Positions 1-12,524 of a DNA stretch of 44,530 nt are shown piece after piece (position 1 is the stretch's first letter; the number at the start of each line of letters is the position of its first letter). The notes beneath the pieces were generated by a model. The model saw only the letters and a program-made list of their open reading frames with translations, was not told the DNA's origin and ran no database searches. The position numbers were made by a program, and so were the translations under genes. The stretch comes from Octopus bimaculoides (Eukaryota), in NCBI RefSeq assembly GCF_001194135.2, contig NC_068989.1, positions 75,380,234-75,424,763 on the forward strand, in the 5' to 3' direction.

Positions 1-502
1 GGAGCAGAATGACTTGAAGGGAGCAGAATGACTTGAAGGGAGCAGAATGACTTAAAGGGAGCAGAATGACTTAAAGGGAGCAGAATGACTTAAAGGGAGC
101 AGAATGACTTGAATGGGAGCAGAATGATTTGAGTGAGGGCAGAATGACTTGAGTGGGAACAGAATGACTTGAGTGGGAACATGATAACTTGAGCGGGAGC
201 AGAATGACTTGAGTGGGAGCAGAATGACTTGAAGGGAGCAGAATGACTTGAGTGAGGGCAGAATGACTCGGGTGAGAGCAGAAAGACTTGAATAGAATGG
301 CTTGAGTGAGAGTAGAATGGATTTAGTGAAAGTAGAATGACTCAAGTGAGAGTAAAATGGTTTGAGCAAGGGTAGAATTACTTGAGCATGATTAGAATGA
401 CTTGAGCGAGAGTAGAGTGACTGGAGCAAGAGTAGAATGATTTGAGGGTGATTAGAATTATTTGAGTGAGAGTAGAATGACTTGAGTGAGAGTAGAATGA
501 AT
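1..502. repeat. Minisatellite, 19-20-bp unit (GGGAGCAGAATGACTTGAA, drifting to GAGTAGAATGACTTGAGTGA)
   Basis: About 25 contiguous units with no unique spacers; the array runs off the window start. Confidence 0.95.
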
Positions 503-609
503 CATTTTGAATGAGAAGGGTTTCTGTAAGCACTAACTCTGTTAATTGAACAGAATTAGTCATGAGTTGTCTTAACTTGTTTAGTTACAAGGAGGTAGAC
601 ATTTGTCTC

Positions 610-612
<3 letters not shown>

Positions 613-664
<52 letters not shown>
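613..664. repeat. (TG)n microsatellite
   Basis: Perfect dinucleotide run. Confidence 0.98.
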
Positions 665-666
<2 letters not shown>

Positions 667-1045
667 TTTGACAATTTTGTTGACCAAATTCACTCTTGTG
701 TTTGATCTTGAAGTTTAGTAGATTGTTTGAAAATTCATAAATTGTATTGATAAACTTGCTAAAATTGTATTGATGTTAAATCCACACACATATATACATA
801 CACATATATGCATATATACATGTGTGTGTGTTTGTGTATGTATATTTATAAATAGATATGCACACACACGCACATATGTATATATATATGTATATATATG
901 TATATCTATCTATCTATCTATCTATATACTCACACATACATAGACAGGGGTCTACATATAGATACACACACACACATATGCTTATTGTGTGTATGTATAC
1001 ATTCACACATGGATATGTATCCACACACATTCACAGAAGTATGTA

Positions 1046-1076
<31 letters not shown>

Positions 1077-1656
1077 GTATGTGTATATGTTTATTAATTA
1101 AATAAAATCTTTTAAATGCTATAATACTGTATTGTTGTATTCGTGTCAGTCATATTTGCCTGTAAATCTTCTAAATTAATATGTCAGTGAAATGGGAAAA
1201 TAAAGGAGGTTTCCATACCAGTTCCCCAGGCGAGTGGATGAAGTGACAGAGAAGGGCATTGTAGATTGCTTGTTAAAACCATTAATGTTACACAAGAATC
1301 AGGCATTTGCAAATATGAGCAGGTCACCTATTGAATCAAATGTCAAACTTTGTTTAATGTAGACACCATTGTTGTCTAGTGATCTTTTAAATTCTTTCTA
1401 TGGTTTTCTAAATATCCAAAAGCTGGTGGGGTGTTTCGTCATTAAAGTTATCCTTCATTCAACTTCTTACCATGCCCTTTTCATTCTTTTTGCTTTTCCT
1501 TCCATCTTCTTCATCATTTTCGTTTTCCTTTTCATCATTATTTCATCTTCCTCTCATTTTGTTGCTTTTGTCTTGTATTTGAGGAAATAATCATTGTTGT
1601 TGTTGTTTAGTCTTGGTCTATTCTATTTGAGAAGACCTGTGATCAAAAGTGTTTAA

Positions 1657-1881
1657 CCCTTTAGCATTTGAACTGGCCTTATCCAGCCGAAATATTAAAC
1701 CGCCTGCTTTATGTTCCACCTGTTCAGATCTGGCCTTTTACTCCTAACCTACATTCTAAAATTTCTAAAAATAGTCACATCATCAACATTTTGATGTAGC
1801 TACAAGACAATTCATGGTTAATTCAAAACAATGTGAATCAATAATCATTATATTTGACAGAGTAACCTGAATGCTAAAGGG
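1657..1881. mobile_element. piggyBac-type MITE
   Basis: TTAA at 1653-1656 and 1882-1885; terminal inverted repeats CCCTTTAGCATT...AATGCTAAAGGG. Related copies at 35054-35502 and 37161-37726. Confidence 0.85.
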
Positions 1882-2335
1882 TTAAGCTATGCCCAGTCTA
1901 TTTTCTTCTTCTTAAGCCCTTTGTTCCTGAAGGAGCAGAGGCTACCAACAACTTTTCTCTTGACCCTCGGCTGTATTTTCTGCTTTGATGTTAATTAAAT
2001 TAATATTCAATTTATCACCCTCAGTATATAAATATATGTGTTTTTATGTAGATATATAATTTTTATATTTACACATCATCACATATTTGAGTGTGTGTAT
2101 GTGTGTATGCATATGAATATAAATATGGTACATTTTATTGGACTTTCTATTTCTGTTAATATGTCTGTTTGATGAGTTTGTTATCCATATCCTTCGTAAT
2201 GTGATTGATGCATTGCTGACCATAATTTATCCTGTTGGACATTTTGGAGTGTATCCATCGAAACATTTGTAGAAGAATTCAAGATATAAATGGTTTAACA
2301 ACATTCCGAGAGTTTGTTTCCTTGTTCAATTTTAC

Positions 2336-2441
<106 letters not shown>

Positions 2442-3429
2442 NNNNNNNNNNNNNNNNNNNNNNNNNNNNNNNNNNNNNNNNNNNNNNNNNNNNNNNNNNN
2501 NNNNNNNNNNNNNNNNNNNNNNNNNNNNNNNNNNNNNNNNNNNNNNNNNNNNNNNNNNNNNNNNNNNNNNNNNNNNNNNNNNNNNNNNNNNNNNNNNNNN
2601 NNNNNNNNNNNNNNNNNNNNNNNNNNNNNNNNNNNNNNNNNNNNNNNNNNNNNNNNNNNNNNNNNNNNNNNNNNNNNNNNNNNNNNNNNNNNNNNNNNNN
2701 NNNNNNNNNNNNNNNNNNNNNNNNNNNNNNNNNNNNNNNNNNNNNNNNNNNNNNNNNNNNNNNNNNNNNNNNNNNNNNNNNNNNNNNNNNNNNNNNNNNN
2801 NNNNNNNNNNNNNNNNNNNNNNNNNNNNNNNNNNNNNNNNNNNNNNNNNNNNNNNNNNNNNNNNNNNNNNNNNNNNNNNNNNNNNNNNNNNNNNNNNNNN
2901 NNNNNNNNNNNNNNNNNNNNNNNNNNNNNNNNNNNNNNNNNNNNNNNNNNNNNNNNNNNNNNNNNNNNNNNNNNNNNNNNNNNNNNNNNNNNNNNNNNNN
3001 NNNNNNNNNNNNNNNNNNNNNNNNNNNNNNNNNNNNNNNNNNNNNNNNNNNNNNNNNNNNNNNNNNNNNNNNNNNNNNNNNNNNNNNNNNNNNNNNNNNN
3101 NNNNNNNNNNNNNNNNNNNNNNNNNNNNNNNNNNNNNNNNNNNNNNNNNNNNNNNNNNNNNNNNNNNNNNNNNNNNNNNNNNNNNNNNNNNNNNNNNNNN
3201 NNNNNNNNNNNNNNNNNNNNNNNNNNNNNNNNNNNNNNNNNNNNNNNNNNNNNNNNNNNNNNNNNNNNNNNNNNNNNNNNNNNNNNNNNNNNNNNNNNNN
3301 NNNNNNNNNNNNNNNNNNNNNNNNNNNNNNNNNNNNNNNNNNNNNNNNNNNNNNNNNNNACTGATGATTGAGATAAAGTTTATTCACTCCTTCTATAAAA
3401 CAAAGCAAAACAATTCAGACATTGCATAA

Positions 3430-3472
<43 letters not shown>

Positions 3473-3689
3473 AATAGTTTTTCTTTATGATTATAGAGAG
3501 TGTGAATGTTTGAGCCATGTGCTTCTTTTTCCTCTCTCGAGATGATTCAATGAATATAGCTTAAATTTCGATTCTGTCTATCAGATGATGATGGCGACAA
3601 CAGCATCAGTGGTGGCTGCACTGCTGCTGCTGCTGTTGTGTATTGCAATTAATAACAAATTTAGATTTGGAAGCCCACCATGTTTTTTG

Positions 3690-3965
3690 TGGTGTACATT
3701 TTGCCAAAAGATGGAAACTGTGTGGAAGTTATCGTGTGTGTATGTGTATTGTGTGTTGTGTTGTGTGTGTGTGTGTTTGTTCTCCCTACTGCTTGATAAC
3801 TGGTACTGGTGTGTTTACATTCCCATAACTTAGTGGTTCGACAAAAGTGACTAACAGAGGAAGTGCCAGAATAAACAGCAAGTACTGGGGTGGAGCTGTT
3901 CAAGTAAACCCTTCAAGGTGGTGCCCCAGCATGACCACAGTCTCTTGGCTGTAACAAGTGTGTAT
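3690..3965 (+). mobile_element. Degraded family-A SINE (core remnant, TG tract, tail 1)
   Basis: Matches the intact copy at 31475-32010 (GGTGTGTTTAC...AACTTAG...CCAGCATG). Confidence 0.65.
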
Positions 3966-4084
3966 TAAAAGATTAAAGATTTAAAAAATAGATCAATGCT
4001 TTTGTAGCGGAGTGCAATCAAATGGCACCATCAGAAAGCTGTTGTTTACAAACTGGTGGGGGAAATCAAGCATTCATTTTCACA

Positions 4085-4230
4085 CGCACACACATGATGG
4101 GCATCTTTCAGTTTCTCTTTACTAGATCCACTCACAGAACTTTGGTGACCCTGGAGCTATAGTAGAAAACACTCGCCTAAGATGTCTAGCAGTGAGACTG
4201 AACTTGAAACTTCTTGGTTGAAAAGATATG
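4085..4230 (-). mobile_element. Degraded family-A SINE head/core
   Basis: CTTTCAGTTTC...ATCCACTCACA...GCTATAGTAGAAAACAC matches the reverse complement of the family-A head. Confidence 0.65.
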
Positions 4231-5496
4231 AAAGAAAATATGAAAATGATGGTCATGTTAGATAAAAGATTTGGAAAATTCATTGCTATTGATTCCTCCC
4301 TACTCCTTAATGTACCATTTTCCATATGGAATATTGCAGCAAAAAAAATGAACCAAAACAAAAAAAAAATAACCATAAAAAAAGGAAAGCAACAGCCTTA
4401 TTCAAATGCACCAGTTTTGTTAACCATTTGAGATGTTAATAGATGAAGAAATGAGGTTGAGAACAGAATTATCTTCTGATATATTCTGTCTATACTCACT
4501 TGGAAACATCTGGCCATTATTATTTAGTATTTTACTAATATATTTCTCGTTTGATACCATCCTGTCTTTTTTCCTTTTAAATTTATTGATATCTCTGTTT
4601 TTCCTTTTCTCCATCCTTCTCTGTCTCTCTCTCTGTCTCTCTCTCTCTGTCTCTCTCTCTCTCTCTCTCTGTTACCATTTAAACATGGTTTATTTCTCAT
4701 ACTGCACTTAGCTATTTTCTGCTTGTTTTCTCTCAACCCACCTCTATTTCCTGTGCATATGATTCTCATTTACATTAAAATTAAATGAAATGTGTAAAAT
4801 AAAATTAAAAAAAAAAACAAGACTTATATAAATTATGCAGTTATTTTAGATCTTTCAACAGAAGGCCATTTGTGAGATTCATATATCACTTCTACTTTGA
4901 CTCATCTGAAAACCGTCCATATCCTCTAAGTATGTGGGAAGCATGGAAGATTTTGCTGNNNNNNNNNNNNNNNNNNNNNNNNNNNNNNNNNNNNNNNNNN
5001 NNNNNNNNNNNNNNNNNNNNNNNNNNNNNNNNNNNNNNNNNNNNNNNNNNNNNNNNNNNNNNNNNNNNNNNNNNNNNNNNNNNNNNNNNNNNNNNNNNNN
5101 NNNNNNNNNNNNNNNNNNNNNNNNNNNNNNNNNNNNNNNNNNNNNNNNNNNNNNNNNNNNNNNNNNNNNNNNNNNNNNNNNNNNNNNNNNNNNNNNNNNN
5201 NNNNNNNNNNNNNNNNNNNNNNNNNNNNNNNNNNNNNNNNNNNNNNNNNNNNNNNNNNNNNNNNNNNNNNNNNNNNNNNNNNNNNNNNNNNNNNNNNNNN
5301 NNNNNNNNNNNNNNNNNNNNNNNNNNNNNNNNNNNNNNNNNNNNNNNNNNNNNNNNNNNNNNNNNNNNNNNNNNNNNNNNNNNNNNNNNTATATATATAT
5401 ATATAATTGTTAAAGAGGACAACGAAGTAATCCATTACAGCACTTACCTAGCATATCTAATCGTTTAGATCACCTGTGAACTAAACCTCCATACTT

Positions 5497-5530
<34 letters not shown>

Positions 5531-5589
5531 GTCATCATCATCATCATTAATACCACCACCACCAGCATCACAACCAACATCATCATCAC

Positions 5590-5722
5590 CATCATCATTG
5601 CTTTAACATCCCCTTTTCAATACTTGCATGGGTTGGATGGAGTTTATTGAGGCAGATTTTCTACGTCTGGATGCCCTTCCTGTTGTCAACCCTCATCTGT
5701 TCCCATGCAAGGTAATATTTCT
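5590..5722 (-). mobile_element. RTE-type 3' tail (tail 2 of family A)
   Basis: GGATGCCCTTCC motif, CATGGGTTGGA and (CAT)n tail; matches 34740-34930 and 43640-43820. Confidence 0.7.
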
Positions 5723-5725
5723 CCA

Positions 5726-6105
5726 AGATCAACCCCAGTATGCAACTGGTTCTTAATTTATTGACCCCACAAAGGGATGAAAGGCAAAGCCGACCTCGGC
5801 AGAATTGGAACTCAGAATGTTAAAGACAGATGAAATGCTGCTAAGCATTTTGTCTGGCATACTAACAATTCAGTAATAGTAATAAAAATCATATTAGTCC
5901 TTTAAGCTCAAGGCCTGAAGTTTTGGGAGAGGGGACTAGTCAATAGTATTGACCCTAGTACTTTGGTTGGTACTTTTTTTATCGATCCTAAAAGGATGAA
6001 AGGCAAAGTTAACCTTGGTGGCATTTGATCTCAGAATGTAATGACAGGCAAAATGGTACTATGCATTTTGGCCAGCATTCTAATGATTCTGTTAGCTCAC
6101 TGCCT
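5726..6105 (-). mobile_element. Two tandem family-M SINEs (tRNA-like head, Meta/MESC-like central domain)
   Basis: GGATGAAAGGCAAAG..GACCTCGG core twice; matches + copies at 8559-8775 and 14605-14830. The Meta/MESC label is from memory of GCCTTTCATCCTTTCGGGGTCGATAAAATAAGTACC. Confidence 0.8.
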
Positions 6106-6119
6106 TGATGATGATGGTG

Positions 6120-6155
<36 letters not shown>

Positions 6156-6492
6156 CTGAGACCCCCTTCAGTCATGACTGACCATGGGATTGCACCTAGA
6201 AAGTTACCCTCCCAAGCACAAATCTGGGGAAGGTTGTTTGTGGAAGACCAGCAGTCGCCCATGCATACTGGCCTCTCCTCTCCACGCCACCAGTGTTATC
6301 CAAGGGAAAGGTAGAGGCTGATACAGCTTGGAACCAGTGATGTTGCAACTCATTTCTACAGCTGAGTGAACTGGAGCAACGCGAAATAAAGTGTCTTGCT
6401 CAAGAACACAACACGCAGCCTGGTCCGAAATTCGAACTCACAATCTTGCGATCGTAAGCTCGACGCTCTAACCACTGAGCCATGTGCCTTCA
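6156..6492 (-). mobile_element. Family-C tRNA-headed CORE-like SINE
   Basis: Reverse complement starts GTGAAGGCACATGGCTCAGTGG (A box), then GAGTTCGAATT (B box) and TTCTTGAGCAAGACACTT (CORE-like). Other copies at 37344-37690 and 39380-39706. Confidence 0.9.
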
Positions 6493-6532
6493 CAAACTTC
6501 ACATAATAATAATAATAATAATAATAATAATA

Positions 6533-6980
6533 TTCCTTCCTACTAAAGGCACAAGGCCTGAAGTTTTGGGTGAGGGGACTTGCCGATTATATCGACCCCA
6601 GTGTTTCACTGATACTTAATTTATCAACTCTGAAAAGATGAAAGGCAAAGTCAACCTCAGTGGAATTTGAACTCAGGACGTAGCGATGGGTGAAATACCG
6701 CTAATCATTTCACCTGGCACACTAACAATTCTGCCAGCTTGTCGCCTTAATAGTAATAAGTATAATTGTTTCGAATGTTTCCACAATGGCAGCCATTTTG
6801 GGGGAGGGGTTTAGTCGATTACATTAACCCCCAGTGTTTCACTGGCACTTAATTTCTCGGCCCTGAAAGGACAAAAGGCAAAGCCAATCTGTGTAGAATT
6901 TGAACTCAGGACGTAGCGATGGGCAAAATACCTTATGCATTTCACCCATTGTGCTAACGATTCTGCCAGTTTGTCGCCTT
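6533..6980 (-). mobile_element. Two more tandem family-M SINEs
   Basis: Same core and head as 5726-6105, head-to-tail, with (AAT)n-like spacers. Confidence 0.85.
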
Positions 6981-6991
6981 CTCATAATGGT

Positions 6992-7373
6992 TGTTGGCAC
7001 TCCGTCGCTTACGACGTCAAGGATTCCAGTTGATCCGATGAACGGAACAGCCTGCTCGTGAAATTAATGTGCAAGTGGCTGAGCATTCCACAGACATGTG
7101 TACCCTTAACGTAGTTCTCGGGGATATTCAGCGTGACACAGTGTGACAAGGCTGACCCTTTGAATTACTGGCACAACAGAAACAGGAAGTAAGAGTGAGA
7201 GAAAGTTGGGGTGAAAGAGTACAGCAGGGTTCGCCACCATCCCCTGCCGGAGCCTCGTGGAGCTTTAGGTGTTTTCGCTCAATAAACACTCACAACGCCC
7301 AGTCTGGGAATTGAAACCGCGATCCTATGCCTGCGAGTCTGCTGCTCTAATCACTGGGCCATTGCGCCTCCAC
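6992..7373 (-). mobile_element. Full-length family-B tRNA-headed SINE with target-site duplication (candidate octopus OR-type SINE)
   Basis: TSD TCATAATGGT at 6982-6991 and 7374-7383; head with A/B boxes and a TCG anticodon-like triplet; highly similar to 18191-18589. Confidence 0.92.
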
Positions 7374-7652
7374 TCATAATGGTAATAATAAATAATATAA
7401 TTATAATAGTAGTAGTAGTAAATAGTAATAAATAGCAGAGAAGACATTAGACATTAACAGTGAGTGTTATATGAGTACCAGCGATTGTCATTAATTTGGT
7501 GTGTTAATCCTCTTGCACTTATTACCTACTGCTGGAAATGAGTTAAGAACCTAGCCAAATTGTGTAAATAAAACAGGGAAAAAAAAAAACAGAAAAAAGA
7601 AAATGGGTTAATTGACTACGAGTATTCATTTGTGTGTGTATGTGTGTGAGTA

Positions 7653-7684
<32 letters not shown>

Positions 7685-7819
7685 AAAAAGAGAGCAAGTA
7701 GATATTAAGTCTAGTATTTTTTATATTCGAGCAAAATTTGACTGAAATGAATATTGATGTTTTAAATCCTCACTTGGAAAAAGTTTAATTTCATTATCCT
7801 TTTATTTTATCATTTATAT

Positions 7820-8163
7820 TTCACTTGTTTTAGTCATTTTTGAGTGCGGCCATGGCCATGCTGGGGGCACTGTCTTGAAGGGTTTCAGCTGAACTAATCG
7901 ACCCCAGGACTTATTTTCTAAAGCCTGGTATTCTATCAGTCCCTTTTGCTGTACTGCTAAATTACGGGTGTTTTAAGACACCAGCACCAGTTGTTGAGTG
8001 GTGGCGGGTGATAAACACAGAACCAAAGACACACACACACACACACACACACATGCACACACACACATATACAACAGGTTTCTTTCAGTTTCCATCTACC
8101 AAATCCACCCTCAAGTCTTTGGTCAGCCCAAGGATATAGTAAAAGATACTTGCTCAAGGTGCC
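7820..8163 (-). mobile_element. Family-A SINE (5'-truncated, internal CA tract)
   Basis: Tail 1 + (CA)n + CORE-like half; matches 23765-24171. Confidence 0.85.
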
Positions 8164-8179
8164 ATTTATCTGTTTTATT

Positions 8180-8775
8180 CTTTTATTCTTTTTCGTGTTT
8201 CAGTCAGTTGACTGTGGCCATGCTGGAGCACCACCTTTACACAAACAAATCGACCCCAGGACTTATTCTTTGTAAGCCTAGTACTTTTTATATCAGTCTC
8301 TTTTTGCCGAACTGCTATGTTATGGGGATGTAAACACACAAACGATCTAATCAACTGGTCCCCCTCCCCATTGTGTGTATGTATGTATGTATGTATTTGT
8401 GTGTCTGTGTTTGTCCCCACCATCACTTGCCAACCAATGTTGGTGTGTTTATGTCTGCATAACATTGCGTACTGAGGTTGATCTAATCAACTGGCCCCCT
8501 CCCCCAAAATTTCAGGCCTTGTGCCTAGAGTAGAAAAGATTATTATTATTATTGTACTAGGCAGTGAGCTGGTAGAATTGTTAGCATGCTGGGAAAATGC
8601 TTAGCAGCATTTCATCTGTGTTAAGATGTGCTGAGTTCAAATTGTGCTGAGGTCGACTTTGCCTTTCATCCTTTCAGGGTCGATAAAATAAGTACCAGTT
8701 GAGTACTGGGGTCGATGTAATCCCCTCCTCCCAAATTTCAGGCCTTGTGCCATTAGTAGAAAAGATTATTATTAT
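8180..8775. mobile_element. Cluster of family-A tail fragments and family-M SINEs (M copy on + strand at 8559-8775)
   Basis: Direct matches to the family A and M copies elsewhere in the window. Confidence 0.8.
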
Positions 8776-8879
8776 TACCATCATCACCAATGAAAATGCA
8801 CAAGAGTGTTGAGCACTCTGTGTTTGTTACATGAACATATATCAAAAGTTGTATTGAGAAATATATATTTTTATATTTG

Positions 8880-9445
8880 TTTGCTGGTTTCAGTTATCTG
8901 AATGTGGCCCTGCTGGGGCATTACTTTCAAGGAATTAGTCAACCACCTTGATGTTCAGTACTTATTTTGATTTGGTATTTTGCTAAATGAAGCTTTTTGA
9001 AACTACAACAGTTTGTACATAAATACATGCTCAAATGCAGACACGCCCCTCTGCAGATGTATGTATGCATGCATGCATACAAATACGCACATGCAAACAT
9101 TCTTGGCAAGCTTCTCCATAGTTTCCATTGACTCAAGGCTCTGGTAAAGGCACTTGCCCAAGACACTGTGCTGTGGGACTGAACTTGGGACTTTATGGTT
9201 GTAAAGTGAACTCTTTAACCATTGGGCTATGCCTGCATCACCACCACACAAACACACATGTGCGCACACATGCACACACAGTGCCTAAAGATGATTAGGG
9301 AATAGTCTTATTGATACACAATTCACTTCCTGATAAAAACATTGAAGTTAAACTCCCCAATTTGGACACAGGTATGGCTGTGTGGTTAAGAAGCTCACTT
9401 TGCAACTACATGATTTCAAGTTCAATCCCACTGCATGCCAACCAA
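8880..9445. mobile_element. Degraded family-A SINE pieces (minus 8880-9240, plus 9365-9445)
   Basis: GGCACTTGCCCAAGACAC and GGTATGGCTGTGTGGTTAAGAAGC motifs. Confidence 0.65.
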
Positions 9446-9854
9446 TACCTAGTGTGTGTGTGTGTATGTCTGTGTCCGTGTCCATCTGTCCATATATATG
9501 TATATTTGTGGTAAGATAATACTGACTCAGCTTGTTGCGTATTTAAATATAGGTGCCACTGTTTATTTTGAATATGAGTATTATTCCTACTATTTCCTGA
9601 TATATAAACTAGTGACTCCACCAGATGTAAGATTTACTGACAGTAGTAGCTGGAGAGAATGCTGTATTCATTCAAATATCACATTTGCAACGAATGGTAT
9701 TCATTCCAGATCTCTGTGTTCTGATTTTAAATTCCATCAAGACCAACTTTGGATTTCATCCTCTTCGGATTGATAAATTATCATTGCAGTATTTGAATCA
9801 TTTACTCTGTGTGTGTAAATGTGTGTGTGCGTTTGTGTGTGTGTGAGAAAGAGA

Positions 9855-9910
<56 letters not shown>

Positions 9911-10515
9911 AAATGTTTTCGCCGTGGACTTGGGCCGACCAGATCTTCATGAATGAAATTTGGCTGACTTGTGTTCAGGAGATATATATTTAATGTGTTG
10001 CTTGGTTTTTGGTTCAACGCCACCAACTGGCTCGTGGTTGCTTTTAGCAGGGTCTACTCCGGTTTCAAGTTTAAGTGTAACAGACCCAGATAAGAGTCTA
10101 TGGGTACTGTTCTTTCTCCTCTAGATAAGCCATTACAGTAAATAAATAAATAAGTAAAGCTGTTGCCACAAATTAGATAATCAGTTGGTGCCCTAGTTCA
10201 CCCTCTATTTATTGTCAATTAACAATATTTTTTAATTTAGTTTGACATAATTACTAAAATGGTTGTTAGTATGTCTGTAGTAAACATTGATTTTTTTTTT
10301 TCCTAATGACACAAATAAATGTTGTAGATAGACTTTTAAAGTTAATTTGTAATGGAATAAGAACAACAAAAAGATCTTTGATAAATATTAAAAAAATTTG
10401 CTATATTAGGTACAATTGAAGTTTCGTAGAAGTTAATTTTAGGGGTGGATTTTTAGAGTATTTTGAGTTTCTTAATTGTGCATTTTGTTGCATCTATCTT
10501 TCACATTTCTGACAG

Positions 10516-10548
10516 GGCATCTATGTCACATGTACATATTCTAGCTGA
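10516..10548 (+). CDS. Candidate 33-nt microexon (one open frame, ASMSHVHILA); unverified
   Basis: Pyrimidine tract + CAG acceptor (TCTTTCACATTTCTGACAG) and a strong donor GTAAGT; frame-preserving; in unique sequence. Product not recognised. Confidence 0.3.
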   Translation, partial: GIYVTCTYSS

Positions 10549-10739
10549 GTAAGTAACAACAATATAGCTTCTATATGTTTGCTTGAATCAGCTAGAAATA
10601 AGAGCTAAATCTCTCTCAAATAAAATGCTGTTTTAAGAAATTTGCTTAGAGGTTTCTGTGTTGGGTGAAGCATGTGGCAGTGAAAATACTCCAGCAGGAC
10701 TGGTCTGCTGCCTCCCTTGGTGCAGTGTTCCATCATAGG

Positions 10740-11400
10740 TTTACTAATTGAAGTCCCCTGTCAGTTGTCTGGTGCCAGTTTATCTTGGGATGTTCCCTGT
10801 ACCATTGCTGCTGAGGATTCTACGTTAAGGACTTGGTTGTTGAGCCTGTTTGTTTGGAGTCTTAAATAAGAAAAGAACACATTAATTAGATAATGGAGTC
10901 TTAGATACCGCCTTCTCTCCACAGAAAAAAGAGAAAAAGATGGGATGGGCATAGTTGGAATGCCTTTGAACATACATCTGTTCAATTAGGTTTTCTATGA
11001 AGCTAACAACAACAAGAACAATGACAACACATATTGGACTGTACTTCAACTCTTTCTTCAACCTTCTTTCCCAGTACTGTTCCCTCTGAAATATTGTCCC
11101 TGTCCACCAAGCTCTAACTTGGTGAAGTTCAGACTGAACTTCAACCTTATGAACCTCACTCACGTACAATCTCTGCCTTCTTGTAAGCCCTTTACTCCCT
11201 ATGGAGTGTAGGCCATTTACAACTTTTCTTTACTATTTTTGACTTGAAATTGTCTTTCTTGCTTCTCTTCATTCGGATTCCTGCTTCCTTGCAGTTTCCT
11301 TTTGGATTTTGCTGCACAGTATCATATGTCTCCCCAAGGGAAAGCTTTCCTCTCTGAGTTATGGTAGATTTTTGACCTGTCATTAATGCTTCTGTGACTT
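10740..11400 (-). pseudogene. Degraded CR1-type LINE ORF2 C-terminal remnant
   Basis: Collinear motifs across frameshifts: KYSPICV, ENLIEQ..VQRH, SLFSVERRRY, then NIP-DK..PDN.QGTS, resembling CR1 ...YSLERRR...IPD.P....SNS. Many stops and indels. Confidence 0.5.
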
Positions 11401-11685
11401 AACTTTTCTTTTTATGTAGGGGTATTGACCCTACACAGACTCATTTTTACCTTTGGGAAGAGGTGGTTCATGTTACTTTGGCCTCTGTCCTTTGGTCTGT
11501 CCAACACAGGAGATCCTCTCAGGAGCTTGTGCTCTGCTGCCATAGTTCTCAGTCTCAGGGTCATTCAGGCACACAAAAAAGGCCCACAAGCCATCACACT
11601 GCAACAAGGACAAGGATTGGATTTTGTGGTGGAACCTGTTGTAATAGTGCAGACAATACAGTCTTGTCTCCTTGTACAGGTGGAG

Positions 11686-11935
11686 CCTCGGGCAAGTGTC
11701 TTCTACTATAGCCTTTGGTTAACCAAAATCTTAGCCAGAAGATATATTGAAGGTAAGTTTCATGTGCCTCTGTGGTTGATATTGAAGTCCAAATGTCATC
11801 ACAATAACATACCAGGATCCCAGCTCTCTGTTCCTCCAAATATCATCACATCCTGGATGTATGTGTCACTGGCTCAAATGGTAGGAGGGCCAAGAGAGTG
11901 TTTCTGTTCATGACTATATAAGCACTAAAGAAAAA
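11686..11935 (+). mobile_element. Family-A core joined to a third, unclassified tail (copy 1)
   Basis: CCTCGGGCAAGTGTCTTCTACTATAGCC followed by about 200 bp that recur at 12630-12845. Confidence 0.6.
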
Positions 11936-12524
11936 TCCAAAAAACAACCCCCCCCCCACTTACAAGCACATTATATATAAAATTACAAAGATAGTTAAAG
12001 ATTAAAAAAAAAATTTCTTGTATAATTTTACTTTAGCATAATGGTTCTATTCTTCTATGGAATTAAAAAGACTGCAGAATGTGTTTCAATGCAACCATTT
12101 TTTTTTATTGATTTCTTTCATGTGGATTGTGGCCATGCTGAAGCACTGCCAGCCTCAAGTGTTTCAGTTCGTTGATTATATTGATCTCACTACTTTGGTG
12201 ATTTATTTTATTGATCTCATAAATGCAGAAAGTCGATCTTGGATCATAGGGGCATAACTATTGGGTGGCGTCTACTCAAGGTACCCAAGATGTAAGGTAG
12301 TGGTGTAAAGCCATTGCCCTGTTTAGCATCACTCTCTGGTATCTTGGGTGCCATTCACAAACTCCACTCTGTTGTGTGAGCATTTAGGCTTGGTCTCCCA
12401 TCTGAAGATAACTTCCTTTCTTCTTCCCACGAGTTTTGGAAATCCTGAAAAAGGGTCATAGACATTGCCCTTTCTCCTCTGTTAAACCCTAAAAAGGAAA
12501 AAAAAAAAAAAAAAATTGAAAATA

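Noticed and set aside
1-502. CRISPR-like array; 125-aa ORF 52..429
   Set aside because: Units are contiguous with no unique spacers, there are no cas genes and the context is eukaryotic; the ORF is repeat read-through.
1190-1590. Acidic/lysine-rich coding remnant
   Set aside because: Stops in all frames and no identifiable family.
10030-10120. Cadherin-like SVTDPD peptide
   Set aside because: A single short motif in a ~25-codon frame with no other cadherin repeat motifs.
11425-11913. 162-aa ORF as a real gene
   Set aside because: The second half is SINE core plus repeat tail; no recognisable domain.
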